From the sequence record OR352955.1: DNA of 64,000 nt; one strand, given 5' to 3'. The DNA comes from Escherichia phage AV125. A program made the translations under genes and the position numbers. This document shows, piece by piece, positions 44,322 to 53,001 of the stretch. Under the pieces are notes generated by a model. The model ran no database searches. It had not been told where the DNA came from and worked only from the letters and a program-made list of their open reading frames with translations. The number at the start of each line of letters is the position of its first letter. Position 1 is the first letter of the stretch.

Positions 44322-44930
44322 ATGGAAGAGAAGATTTGGGATGGTAAAGATCCTTTAGAAGTTGGACACGTAGCGCGTGTCAAAAAATCTACTACAGGTC
44401 CTGGTTTTTCTGGTTTGTATCATATACCAGAAGAAGGTCAGCACGTTACAATTTTGGCTCGTGACAAACAAAACGGAGCAACGCCTGTGTGGATTGTTCG
44501 TTGGTATGACAAAGATCTTAACATTTGCTTGTCACCTATTATGGCTCATTTGCTGGAAGCCCCTTGCTCTGAAGAAGCTCTAATTTTTGTTTCGGCTTTT
44601 CAGAAAGCCACAGGTTTAACATTAGATGCAAAAGATGTGCAAAAAGCATTTGACATTATTCAGGAAGACAACGATACTACATCTAACGACGAACTGGTTG
44701 AAGTTACAATCTTATCTTCAGCAGATATCCGAGAGATTGATAATTGTGATTTTCCAATCACATTTAAAATGTCGCAGAAAGACATGCAGTCATCTGGAAG
44801 TTGTTTTGGTATACCTCGTTGGTTTTTTGATTCTATCAAAAATTCTACTACAGAGGGATCAGACTATGATCAAGATGACGTGCTTTGGTTCTTAAAAAAC
44901 CGAGAGATTGTTCTCTCACCACTTAAATAA
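44322..44930 (+). CDS. hypothetical protein (202 aa)
   Basis: ORF track; TAGGAGG upstream. Confidence 0.6.
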   Translation: MEEKIWDGKDPLEVGHVARVKKSTTGPGFSGLYHIPEEGQHVTILARDKQNGATPVWIVRWYDKDLNICLSPIMAHLLEAPCSEEALIFVSAFQKATGLTLDAKDVQKAFDIIQEDNDTTSNDELVEVTILSSADIREIDNCDFPITFKMSQKDMQSSGSCFGIPRWFFDSIKNSTTEGSDYDQDDVLWFLKNREIVLSPLK

Positions 44931-44939
44931 GGAGAAATA

Positions 44940-45041
44940 ATGGTTTCATTTATCGTAGGTGTAGTTGTAGGCTATCTTATTAACAAATATCAAGACGTTA
45001 TCACGGCAAAAGTAAAAGACATTTTAGACTCATCTAAATAA
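44940..45041 (+). CDS. tiny membrane peptide (33 aa)
   Basis: Own translation MVSFIVGVVVGYLINKYQDVITAKVKDILDSSK after AAGGAGAAATA. Confidence 0.3.
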   Translation: MVSFIVGVVVGYLINKYQDVITAKVKDILDSSK

Positions 45042-45093
45042 TCTATCAAAGCTGCATCTTCAATAGGTGCAGCCTTTTAAAAGGAGATATGGC

Positions 45094-45267
45094 ATGACTA
45101 AACGCACTGATTTTAAATGTATGCATTGTGGGAAATCTTTTGGGGATCATCAAGCTCGCACATTCAACTGTCCACGTAAAGGTCGCGGAAATTTTAAAGG
45201 TTTTAATCCCGCACATGTTTATTCTCCAGATTACGATAAGCCAGAAGAAGAAAAATTTGTTATTTAA
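45094..45267 (+). CDS. small zinc-ribbon protein (57 aa)
   Basis: Start ATG 45094 after AAAGGAGAT; CMHCG...CPRKG. Confidence 0.4.
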   Translation: MTKRTDFKCMHCGKSFGDHQARTFNCPRKGRGNFKGFNPAHVYSPDYDKPEEEKFVI

Positions 45268-45279
45268 TAAGGAGGTCAT

Positions 45280-45561
45280 ATGGAACTCGTTCAAGAATTG
45301 TATAATGCTTTAGGAGCAAAAGGAAAAGATTGGCCCGAACATGCGCTTATTGCTATAAGAGACTCCGATGGTGAGATTAAGTTTTCAAGCGTAAGTAAAG
45401 AGCACATCGTAGAAACAAAACTGGGTATTTACATGCGTGGAACTTATTGCTTATTCAACACCAGAATGGTAGAAGCCCCTGTTATCGAGGATGGAACAAA
45501 AGATTGCCCCACAATCGTAACAAAATCTGAATATGAGAAGTTTTTCTACGCTAAGGCTTGA
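45280..45561 (+). CDS. hypothetical protein (93 aa)
   Basis: ORF track; TAAGGAGGT upstream. Confidence 0.55.
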   Translation: MELVQELYNALGAKGKDWPEHALIAIRDSDGEIKFSSVSKEHIVETKLGIYMRGTYCLFNTRMVEAPVIEDGTKDCPTIVTKSEYEKFFYAKA

Positions 45562-45605
45562 CACAGAAACAATACTATAGGATAGTGATCCTATCGTAGC
45601 AATAG

Positions 45606-45627
45606 AACCCGCTTCGGCGGGTTTTTT
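45606..45627 (+). terminator. intrinsic terminator
   Basis: AACCCGC-ttcg-GCGGGTT then TTTTTT. Confidence 0.7.
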
Positions 45628-45652
45628 CATATCTGTAGCAATAGGAGGTCGT

Positions 45653-45883
45653 GTGTTAAATAAAATCGAAGAAGGTTGTATGGCATTTTTGGTAGATAAC
45701 CCGTTTCCCTTTATGGTTAAGGTCCATGTAGGAGAGTATTTAGGTTATGACGAATGGGATTGTAGTATCAATAGTGAAATGCACCACTACCAACCAACAA
45801 TACTTAAGACGGATCAAATGGCGCGTATTACAGTAGAGGATGAATTGATCATTGAGTTATACGAGAGAGCACTACCCAAGTAA
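45653..45883 (+). CDS. hypothetical protein (76 aa, GTG start)
   Basis: ORF track; TAGGAGGT upstream; last plus-strand gene. Confidence 0.45.
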   Translation: MLNKIEEGCMAFLVDNPFPFMVKVHVGEYLGYDEWDCSINSEMHHYQPTILKTDQMARITVEDELIIELYERALPK

Positions 45884-45924
45884 GCTAGAACCCACCTAAA
45901 TCGAACAGAGACGCTCTAAAATAG

Positions 45925-45957
45925 AAAAGGCACCCACTTGGGTGCCTTTGTTTTATT
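45925..45957. terminator. bidirectional intrinsic terminator at convergence of plus and minus blocks
   Basis: GGCACCC-actt-GGGTGCC flanked by AAAA upstream and TTTGTTTTATT downstream. Confidence 0.65.
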
Positions 45958-46225
45958 CTTCGTTAGATTGCGTCTCAGACGCGTTAAATTCGGTTTCAGT
46001 ACAACTTGCTAGGTAACTTATATTTTGCATCACTACAACTACAGGTGTTTGAAGTTTATCTTCTAGCCCCGCAGCCACTTGAGCCAAGGCATTATCAATA
46101 TTTGATTTCCTAACGCCTGTTCCATGTCCTGTTGCCAAGTAAAGATTACCTTCCCCTTTTTGTGTAGCATTGGCAAAGTAGTAAACGTAATGTGCAAGGT
46201 AGTAATCACGGATTTCTTCAGTCAT
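45953..46225 (-). CDS. hypothetical protein (90 aa)
   Basis: ORF track; AGGAGA upstream on minus strand. Confidence 0.5.
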   Translation of the reverse strand: MTEEIRDYYLAHYVYYFANATQKGEGNLYLATGHGTGVRKSNIDNALAQVAAGLEDKLQTPVVVVMQNISYLASCTETEFNASETQSNEE

Positions 46226-46243
46226 TTTATTCTCCTAATAAGA

Positions 46244-46261
46244 AAGGGGCCGAAGCCCCTT
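46244..46261 (-). terminator. stem-loop (terminator/attenuator), copy 1 of repeated hairpin
   Basis: AAGGGGC-cgaa-GCCCCTT; identical at 58337-58354. Confidence 0.45.
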
Positions 46262-46268
46262 GAGTGGT

Positions 46269-47084
46269 TTATTTGTTTAAGTGGTCTTCGACCATTTTAA
46301 TGAAACCTTCATTGCTGAAGGCTGTTGCAGCTTTTTCTCGGTAAACAAAAACTCCACGATCTTCATAGAGAAGTGTTTCTTCGTAATTAACTCCAGGGTT
46401 AACTACAACCATTTTTGTACCCATACTAAGTGCAGGAAATAATTCCCAATTAAAATTGATAACTTGGTTTGAACATCCTACTACTACAACCAAATCTTGC
46501 ATGGTCAAAGTATCGAACAAGTGAGCCATATCTGCATACAAAGGTGCAGCCTCACCAAAAAATACAACATTAGGCTTCACCCAGTTATAATCATCTATGT
46601 TTATACTATTGTAACCAATATCTACCAGTGTTTTGTAATCTCCAGGATGCATACGGTAAACTACTTCAGGAAGATATCCGTGTACGTGAATAACAGAATC
46701 TCTGTCTACACCTGCTCGCTCTAGCAGATCATCAACGTTTGTTGTCAAGTTTACTATTTGGTTAGGATATTCCTTAAACCACTTTGCTATTTGAATATGT
46801 GCAGCATTAGGTTGTACATCTTTAAGCTCAACACGTCTTTTGTTATAAAATTCGTGTGTTTTGGCATACAAATCCATACCGTTCTCGTCTACACCACCGA
46901 CCACTGGAAGATCTGGAGATGTTCTAACACGATAACCTGCTTGGAAAGCTCCAATATCGCAGACCTCTTCTAAATCATATTCTTCCCATAAAGCACGACC
47001 ACTATCTGTGTCTGTTCTAAATGTTCGAATCCCACTGTCTGCACTTAAACCTGCACCGCTTACAAAAATCACTCGTCTTGGCAT
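46269..47084 (-). CDS. Sir2-like (sirtuin family) NAD-dependent protein
   Basis: 271 aa; N-terminal FVSGAGLSADSGIRTFR, central HG, FFGE match the sirtuin NAD-binding signature as remembered. Confidence 0.7.
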   Translation of the reverse strand: MPRRVIFVSGAGLSADSGIRTFRTDTDSGRALWEEYDLEEVCDIGAFQAGYRVRTSPDLPVVGGVDENGMDLYAKTHEFYNKRRVELKDVQPNAAHIQIAKWFKEYPNQIVNLTTNVDDLLERAGVDRDSVIHVHGYLPEVVYRMHPGDYKTLVDIGYNSINIDDYNWVKPNVVFFGEAAPLYADMAHLFDTLTMQDLVVVVGCSNQVINFNWELFPALSMGTKMVVVNPGVNYEETLLYEDRGVFVYREKAATAFSNEGFIKMVEDHLNK

Positions 47085-47554
47085 TCTTCCTCCTCAAATG
47101 GATCATAAGAATTGTACTCGTAAGTATCATCTTCTGAAAATTCTACTTCGAAATAAATATCAAACTCTGCAAACAGACGTAGGATGTTAGACATGCTGTA
47201 ATAATTATCGTAGGCAGATTCAGCTTCATAGTAAACATAAAGCCAATGGTTAGCCTTATCATCTTCCAAATATTTCCCGTCTGCATACGCATAGTCTGCA
47301 TATGCTTTACCTGCATCTTCCACAAGAGAACGATCAAGCAGAGTAGGAAATGGTTTCTCTTTTTCTTTTAGTTTGCTCACTAACCAATGTGCAATATCAT
47401 TCCATTCTGCATCCATACCACTAAAGCAACTTGCTTCTTCTCCAAAAGAAGCTTCTCCTAAATCGCCACTAATACGAATAACATTAGATGAATTATAGCC
47501 ACACGTTTCACAATCAGAGTAACTATTATGCACATTGACATTTACTTGAAACAT
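47069..47554 (-). CDS. highly acidic, aromatic-rich protein (161 aa)
   Basis: ORF track; C-terminus rich in D/E/Y/F. Confidence 0.5.
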   Translation of the reverse strand: MFQVNVNVHNSYSDCETCGYNSSNVIRISGDLGEASFGEEASCFSGMDAEWNDIAHWLVSKLKEKEKPFPTLLDRSLVEDAGKAYADYAYADGKYLEDDKANHWLYVYYEAESAYDNYYSMSNILRLFAEFDIYFEVEFSEDDTYEYNSYDPFEEEECQDE

Positions 47555-47574
47555 ATTCCCTCCTATAAAAGAAA

Positions 47575-47595
47575 AGCCCCCTGAAACAGGAGGCT
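47575..47595 (-). terminator. intrinsic terminator
   Basis: rc: AGCCTCCTG-ttt-CAGGGGGCT then TTTCTTTT. Confidence 0.5.
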
Positions 47596-47612
47596 TTGTT
47601 CAGATGTTGGCA

Positions 47613-48266
47613 CTATACCAGACTTTGTAGGTATTTGTCAAGGGCTTCTTGATCGCCTTGACAAACATAGCAACGGAAGTCTTGAGCCGAAGGTTGTTTA
47701 TTTTCATCCCAGTCCCAATAAACATTACCCTTATAACGTGAACCAGGAAACTCAAAAGAGGCTGTATGTGTAATGTATCCTGGGCCACCAGTGAAATCAC
47801 AGAATGAGAATTGGGGGTATGCCGCCTTTACTGCCTCAATAAACCAAGCTTTACGATCTAAAGCTTCATTGATGCTATACGCATGTCTCTCCATTTCTTC
47901 CCACGTTTTCCAGACACTTCTCTCATCAGGAGAAAAGACAAGCCATTCTGGAAGGTATAGAGTGTCATAGTAATCATCATATTCGATCTCGGAGGCGCAC
48001 GAAGCTGACTCCTCCAGTTTTGAGTAATCAAAAGCAGAATATACCCACCAACCATCTTCCAGTAACGCTTTGATAGGGACGAAGCCTTTATCAGCATATT
48101 GATCGAATTGTTTGACACGGTGGCTTGTGCAGTCTTCAAACTCACATTCTAAACGATATGCACCTTTTCGACGAGCCTCAAGACCGTGTGTACTGAAAAT
48201 AACAACACTTCCTTCACCATCATTACGATCTACTTGATAAGCAACCACTGGTTTTGAATTTGACAT
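47613..48266 (-). CDS. hypothetical protein (217 aa)
   Basis: ORF track; no motif recognised. Confidence 0.6.
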   Translation of the reverse strand: MSNSKPVVAYQVDRNDGEGSVVIFSTHGLEARRKGAYRLECEFEDCTSHRVKQFDQYADKGFVPIKALLEDGWWVYSAFDYSKLEESASCASEIEYDDYYDTLYLPEWLVFSPDERSVWKTWEEMERHAYSINEALDRKAWFIEAVKAAYPQFSFCDFTGGPGYITHTASFEFPGSRYKGNVYWDWDENKQPSAQDFRCYVCQGDQEALDKYLQSLV

Positions 48267-48949
48267 TATTTCTCCTTATCTAGAAGATTGTTAGACAAAA
48301 ACACTGCACGAGCAAAACCACGTGCGGTTAGTGATCTAAGTTGTTTTGTTTTTGCACTAGCTCCACCTAAGCTTTTCCAACCCCAGAAGCAGCCTATATG
48401 ATCTACTGGTTTCTTCACTGGTTGAACAAAACCATTGCCGTGCCAAATACAAGTTTTCTTTGTATACCCATCACGGGTAGGCATTTTAGGATGAAAGCTT
48501 CCTTCCTCTTCAAACAAATACCCACCATACTCATAAGGATCAAAGTAAAAATCGGGTTTACGCCATAAGGTTGAAAGTTTACCTACTGGGTTCTCAATCA
48601 TCCAAGGAACATTATATTTGTTACCCAAAGCTTCCACTACACGAATATTAGCTAAAGCTTCATCCAATTCCTCTGTGCTGCGTTCGTGTTTGCTACCACT
48701 ACCTGCTAACATAGTGCAAGGTGGAAATCCAAAAATAATATCGGGTTTAGGTATCCCATGATCTTCAGGGTTGAATGTAGAATCTATCCAGGTATTCACA
48801 TAGGTTATGTTTGGGTGCTCCATCCTAACCTCGTATTTACCGTGATCCCCTTCATCAGCGTTTACACAAAAACACTTGTGACCTGCTTCGGCATAACGTA
48901 ACACCATGATCCCAGATCCGTCAAACATAGACAAAACTGTTTTACTCAT
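48266..48949 (-). CDS. small DNA (cytosine-5)-methyltransferase-like protein
   Basis: Start ATG 48949; motif I SMFDGSG, motif IV FGFPPC, motif VI MIENPVG; short (227 aa), target-recognition region not evident. Confidence 0.55.
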   Translation of the reverse strand: MSKTVLSMFDGSGIMVLRYAEAGHKCFCVNADEGDHGKYEVRMEHPNITYVNTWIDSTFNPEDHGIPKPDIIFGFPPCTMLAGSGSKHERSTEELDEALANIRVVEALGNKYNVPWMIENPVGKLSTLWRKPDFYFDPYEYGGYLFEEEGSFHPKMPTRDGYTKKTCIWHGNGFVQPVKKPVDHIGCFWGWKSLGGASAKTKQLRSLTARGFARAVFLSNNLLDKEK

Positions 48950-49337
48950 TACCCCTCCATTCAAGACAAGCCATAACTTTACGCCAATCACTTTCTGTAA
49001 GAAAAATCTCGTTTGCTTTCTTCCACAAATCTAAATCGTGAAGGGTTGGAATACGATATGTTAGTTCACAGAATCTATGCTCTTCTTCTGTAATATAACC
49101 AAAATGCAGAGCCACATCGTGAAACCAACACCAACCATGCATCTCTCGAACAACATGGTCATGCTGAGACATTGTTTTATGCCGTAAACCTAACCAACAA
49201 GGAACAGATATTTTAGTAGTCTTTAATCTGTGATCAACAGTATTAGAGTATTCAATAATAGCTGTCAGTTTCAATCGTGCTTTTTCTAAATCCTCATGGG
49301 TCACTTTGAAATAACTTTCTGAAAGATATCCACACAT
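48942..49337 (-). CDS. hypothetical protein (131 aa), Cys/His/Trp-rich
   Basis: Start ATG 49337 after AAGGAGG; track start 49355 would overlap upstream gene. Confidence 0.5.
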   Translation of the reverse strand: MCGYLSESYFKVTHEDLEKARLKLTAIIEYSNTVDHRLKTTKISVPCWLGLRHKTMSQHDHVVREMHGWCWFHDVALHFGYITEEEHRFCELTYRIPTLHDLDLWKKANEIFLTESDWRKVMACLEWRGNE

Positions 49338-49338
49338 A

Positions 49339-50280
49339 TTAATAACCTCCTTCAAAAGGCTTAACTACATGTTGATTAGCTTTAAAACGTTCAACATAGT
49401 CATTTTCGCCCATGTTTTCATATAGCTTAGTAACAACATAAAAGTTTTCCCAAGCATATTCCCTAAACCAACCACTAGTGATGGATGTGCAGACTTTAGA
49501 TAAAGCCATTATAAAACTTTGCTTAGGGGTTGGACCTCCAATCTCTTCACCGAAAGGAATTTGTGAACGTTCCAAAGCCAAAACACACGCTTCTTCATAA
49601 ACACCTAACAGGCGCACATGTTTTGGTTGAGCAAAAAACTTTTCTTTGCTGGTCATAACTTCACTTCCATCTTTCATATAAGATTTATATGCTGGAGCAT
49701 CCATTAACGCGATTGCTTCATGGATAGAATCATGATCATAAACATACGGAACCTCGTCACCTTTAAAGAAGTCTTTACTTTTTACGTTTAAGTTCGGATG
49801 AGAGTAAGTGTATGTTTCTTTCTCACGCAACTCATAAATACTCTTAAGATTTTCTGGGATCTTTGCGCCCAGTGACCGCATGAAATGAATATCTTTCATA
49901 GTTTTAAAGAAATGAGGACTATCCTTTTTAAAACGATGACTCATTTTAAGAAGGTAGAGCACATCTAAAGGAGCAACAACATGTCCAGCGTAAGTTCGAC
50001 GAACATCATCAGAATCTTCACAATAACTAATCAAAGCTTCTGTGCTATCTCCTTGAGAAGCAATATCGTATTCCAAATGTGCACCAGTTATCATTTTGAC
50101 ATGGCCTTTGTTTCCTTTACGTTCTACAAGTTCAACAAACTCCTCTTGAGAGAACATTTTTGATAATTCTTCCCACTCTTGTTCTGTACACAGGTAATCT
50201 AAATCTACACAAGGGCGATACAAGTCTTTTCCCATGTCCATAGCATGAATTTGCAATGCACGGCTACCAATTAACACCAT
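49339..50280 (-). CDS. Pol-beta-superfamily nucleotidyltransferase-like protein
   Basis: 313 aa; N-terminal IGSRALQIHAMDMGKDLYRPCVDLDY fits hG[GS]x9-13DhD with downstream HLEYD acidic residue. Confidence 0.5.
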   Translation of the reverse strand: MVLIGSRALQIHAMDMGKDLYRPCVDLDYLCTEQEWEELSKMFSQEEFVELVERKGNKGHVKMITGAHLEYDIASQGDSTEALISYCEDSDDVRRTYAGHVVAPLDVLYLLKMSHRFKKDSPHFFKTMKDIHFMRSLGAKIPENLKSIYELREKETYTYSHPNLNVKSKDFFKGDEVPYVYDHDSIHEAIALMDAPAYKSYMKDGSEVMTSKEKFFAQPKHVRLLGVYEEACVLALERSQIPFGEEIGGPTPKQSFIMALSKVCTSITSGWFREYAWENFYVVTKLYENMGENDYVERFKANQHVVKPFEGGY

Positions 50281-50310
50281 AATATTTCTCCTCTATTGGT
50301 TGATAGGTTA

Positions 50311-50339
50311 AGTTTATCAAGCTTCCAGATTCCTGTCAA
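50311..50339 (-). promoter_or_regulatory. sigma70-type promoter (minus strand)
   Basis: rc reads TTGACA (50339-50334) - 17 nt - TAAACT (50316-50311). Confidence 0.45.
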
Positions 50340-50340
50340 T

Positions 50341-50362
50341 AAAAAACCCGCCGAAGCGGGTT
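50341..50362 (-). terminator. intrinsic terminator
   Basis: AACCCGC-cgaa-GCGGGTT with T-run on minus strand. Confidence 0.6.
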
Positions 50363-50370
50363 ATTATTTA

Positions 50371-50643
50371 CTAACACATTGAGGAAGAAGAGATCCAAAC
50401 ACCTCTTGTGGTTAAACCATTTTCATCCAACTCTACACCATAATCTTCACAAATGAAATCAATATAGTGATCTGCGGCTGGCGTTCCTGTAGGGTAATAA
50501 GTTTCTCCGTTACCGTAGTCACCTATCCAAGCTTGTTCCTGAAACTGTTCACAAAGTTCTTCAATTTCCTTACGAAACTTTCTTTGTGCTTGTTCCATCT
50601 CTTTAACTTTCTTTTTTATCAGCAGTTCGCCTTCAGACTCCAC
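50371..50643 (-). CDS. paralog family C member 1 (90 aa)
   Basis: C-terminus GVWISSSSMC. Confidence 0.5.
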   Translation of the reverse strand: MESEGELLIKKKVKEMEQAQRKFRKEIEELCEQFQEQAWIGDYGNGETYYPTGTPAADHYIDFICEDYGVELDENGLTTRGVWISSSSMC

Positions 50644-50652
50644 AATCTCTCC

Positions 50653-50871
50653 TTAACAGCTACTACTGTGCCAAACGCCTTGAGAATTAACGACGAAACC
50701 ATCATCACCTTCACCATAACAAGAAGAGGATTGCCAATCTTCAAAACAGATTGCGTCATCTTCTAAACTAAGACCAAAACCAGCATCTTCAGCTTCTTTT
50801 GTAAGTTCGTCCACTAAAGCCATAATAGCTTGGGCTTTTTCAGTTAATTCTTCAACATTACGATAACTCAT
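50653..50871 (-). CDS. paralog family C member 2 (72 aa)
   Basis: Start ATG 50871 (TAATG overlap); C-terminus GVWHSSSC. Confidence 0.45.
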   Translation of the reverse strand: MSYRNVEELTEKAQAIMALVDELTKEAEDAGFGLSLEDDAICFEDWQSSSCYGEGDDGFVVNSQGVWHSSSC

Positions 50872-51179
50872 TAGTATTTCTCCTCTGGTTGGAAAACGGA
50901 ACGACAGGCCCACATAGAAGCTTCTTTCAACTTAGTCTTTGCTATTGAAATTTGGTCAAGGCGGGTGGATATATTGGTAGACTCTTCCAAATCTTCACAA
51001 TCGTCCAGTTCAGCCCACAATTCAGACATTAGAGCATCAAAGATTAATCCTAATCGAACTTCAGCATCTTTAATAGCATTCACTTTACCAATTTTGTCAT
51101 CGGTATGCGGTTTATAACCTTTGATATCTTCGATTCCCACTTTACCTCCTATTAACAACTTAAAGAAGATGGATGCCAA
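50871..51179 (-). CDS. hypothetical protein (102 aa)
   Basis: ORF track. Confidence 0.5.
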   Translation of the reverse strand: MASIFFKLLIGGKVGIEDIKGYKPHTDDKIGKVNAIKDAEVRLGLIFDALMSELWAELDDCEDLEESTNISTRLDQISIAKTKLKEASMWACRSVFQPEEKY

Positions 51180-51349
51180 TTTGTTCCAGTGTTCTCATTT
51201 TCGTCTTCTGGATCATAATAACCACCCATCCCATATTCAGGGGAGAAACGGAAACCTTTACCAGTCTCATCTGCTAACTGCTCTGCTTCCGCTAAAGCCT
51301 CATAAGCTGCTTTTACGGCTTCTTCTACTGTTTTAAACTTGGTCGTCAT
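51152..51349 (-). CDS. paralog family C member 3 (65 aa)
   Basis: C-terminus NWHPSSLSC. Confidence 0.45.
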   Translation of the reverse strand: MTTKFKTVEEAVKAAYEALAEAEQLADETGKGFRFSPEYGMGGYYDPEDENENTGTNWHPSSLSC

Positions 51350-51623
51350 AAAATTTCTCCTCTCCTAAAGACATGTTGACATGAAATGCGCGGTATGTAA
51401 ATTCGTTGTCCGTTGTGTTAGAATAAAACTCAAATTGAACAACACCGTCTTGAGAAGACAAATACATGCCAATTTGAACTGTTCCTTCTGGTACCAGGTA
51501 AGCATACTCTGGACGTAGTGTTACATTGTAAAAATAAAGTTCCCCAACACCCATTTCATCCCAAGCTTCCCAAGCGGTAACGAAGTTACTTTCAAAACTT
51601 GTTACTGATCCGAACTCTGCCAT
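51333..51623 (-). CDS. hypothetical protein (96 aa)
   Basis: ORF track. Confidence 0.45.
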   Translation of the reverse strand: MAEFGSVTSFESNFVTAWEAWDEMGVGELYFYNVTLRPEYAYLVPEGTVQIGMYLSSQDGVVQFEFYSNTTDNEFTYRAFHVNMSLGEEKFYDDQV

Positions 51624-52114
51624 AAAACCTCCTCAATCTTGTAGTTTGACTCCATCTCCAACACATTTCCACGAACGTCTCTCCGAAGAAAGGCATAAGC
51701 TTTATTAGGTATTGTAGACTCATATTTAACCATATCTGGCACAGCAAAAGATACTACTACTCCTGCTGGGCTTCTGTCAAGAGCCTTATTAATATTTCTA
51801 AGGATATCGTTAGCCAAGATTTCTGCCAATTCTCCAAGAACAGTTTCTGTTATATCTTTATATCCCATTAAGTATTTGTTGATATCTTTCATCTCCGTAT
51901 TGTTCAGAGTATAGTCCAAAGGATAGAAATTCAAAGCGGAGTCACTTTTATGTGTCCACATGAAATGCACCCGATCCGAGCAGAATCGTAACCCTCTTTG
52001 AAGAATATCTTCTACAACAGGCAGAATTTCTTTTGTCACATCATTAACCATGTTGTAATCTAAGATTTCTGCCAAGTTTGTTCTTTGTTCACCACGTTTA
52101 CGTTTAGGAATCAC
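51602..52114 (-). CDS. hypothetical protein (170 aa)
   Basis: ORF track. Confidence 0.55.
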   Translation of the reverse strand: MIPKRKRGEQRTNLAEILDYNMVNDVTKEILPVVEDILQRGLRFCSDRVHFMWTHKSDSALNFYPLDYTLNNTEMKDINKYLMGYKDITETVLGELAEILANDILRNINKALDRSPAGVVVSFAVPDMVKYESTIPNKAYAFLRRDVRGNVLEMESNYKIEEVLWQSSDQ

Positions 52115-52685
52115 TTGTTATTGCCCTCATTACCAAAGGTCGTAGAAAATCGTAAATCTCTTGTTTTGTTTTCCCACGAATGTTTAAACAAGGAACATTA
52201 TTGGCTTTAGCTATCTTCCAAGCCGTAGCTGTTCCACCTTTTGCATCTCCATGTTTATCAGTATTAGCACAAGCCAACAAGAAACATGATGGAGCAGGAT
52301 TCTCCAAATCTCTACCTAACACTTGATGCACATTACGTTGGTGCAATTTTCTAGCACCCTGCTTAAGCTTTTCATAGGCTGGGTGAACATCTTTGATCCA
52401 TTGCACAGAGATAGCATAGTTCATTGTATCTGGTTTTGCAAGAACAATAACATCCCCTGGAATCTGATTACCTTTGAAATTTTCCCAAGGAACATAAATC
52501 TCCTTGTTAGTAGGATTTTCAGACTCTTGGACACCTGTTTCAAAAGCAGAATCACTACCCTCTGCCTTCCCAGACCTTAATTTAAACCCAAGGTTTGAAA
52601 GCCATTTCCCTATGCCTACCATCAAAGCCCACTCTTCTTCGGATATGTCTCTACTTCCAACTCCCGTATAGAACAGTTCTGCCAT
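52104..52685 (-). CDS. DprA/Smf-like Rossmann-fold protein
   Basis: Start ATG 52685; GVGSRDIS...LSNLGFKLRSGKAEGSDSAFETG resembles DprA GSR...SG.A.GiD core as remembered. Confidence 0.45.
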   Translation of the reverse strand: MAELFYTGVGSRDISEEEWALMVGIGKWLSNLGFKLRSGKAEGSDSAFETGVQESENPTNKEIYVPWENFKGNQIPGDVIVLAKPDTMNYAISVQWIKDVHPAYEKLKQGARKLHQRNVHQVLGRDLENPAPSCFLLACANTDKHGDAKGGTATAWKIAKANNVPCLNIRGKTKQEIYDFLRPLVMRAITSDS

Positions 52686-52692
52686 AATCACC

Positions 52693-53001
52693 TCAACAAG
52701 TAATTTCAAAAGGTGTATAGGGTTCCGTATTTCTCATGATCCAAGGACTGCTAGGATTGCTCGGATCATAAGGGCCAAAAGGTTTTATGGTAGGTTGTGT
52801 TTCTTTCTTCTGAATCTCTTCAAAAATACGACGAAGTTCAGAATATTCTTGATCCACCATAAGATTCGGTGCATCTGATTCTACAGCTTGCAGGTTATCT
52901 TCCTTAAGAACAATCTCACGAACAAGATTAACATCTTCTGTTTCTAAGATAACTTCTTTACGGATATTACCTACACTTTGAATAATTGTAATCTTATACA
53001 T
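52693..53001 (-). CDS. hypothetical protein (102 aa)
   Basis: ORF track. Confidence 0.5.
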   Translation of the reverse strand: MYKITIIQSVGNIRKEVILETEDVNLVREIVLKEDNLQAVESDAPNLMVDQEYSELRRIFEEIQKKETQPTIKPFGPYDPSNPSSPWIMRNTEPYTPFEITC

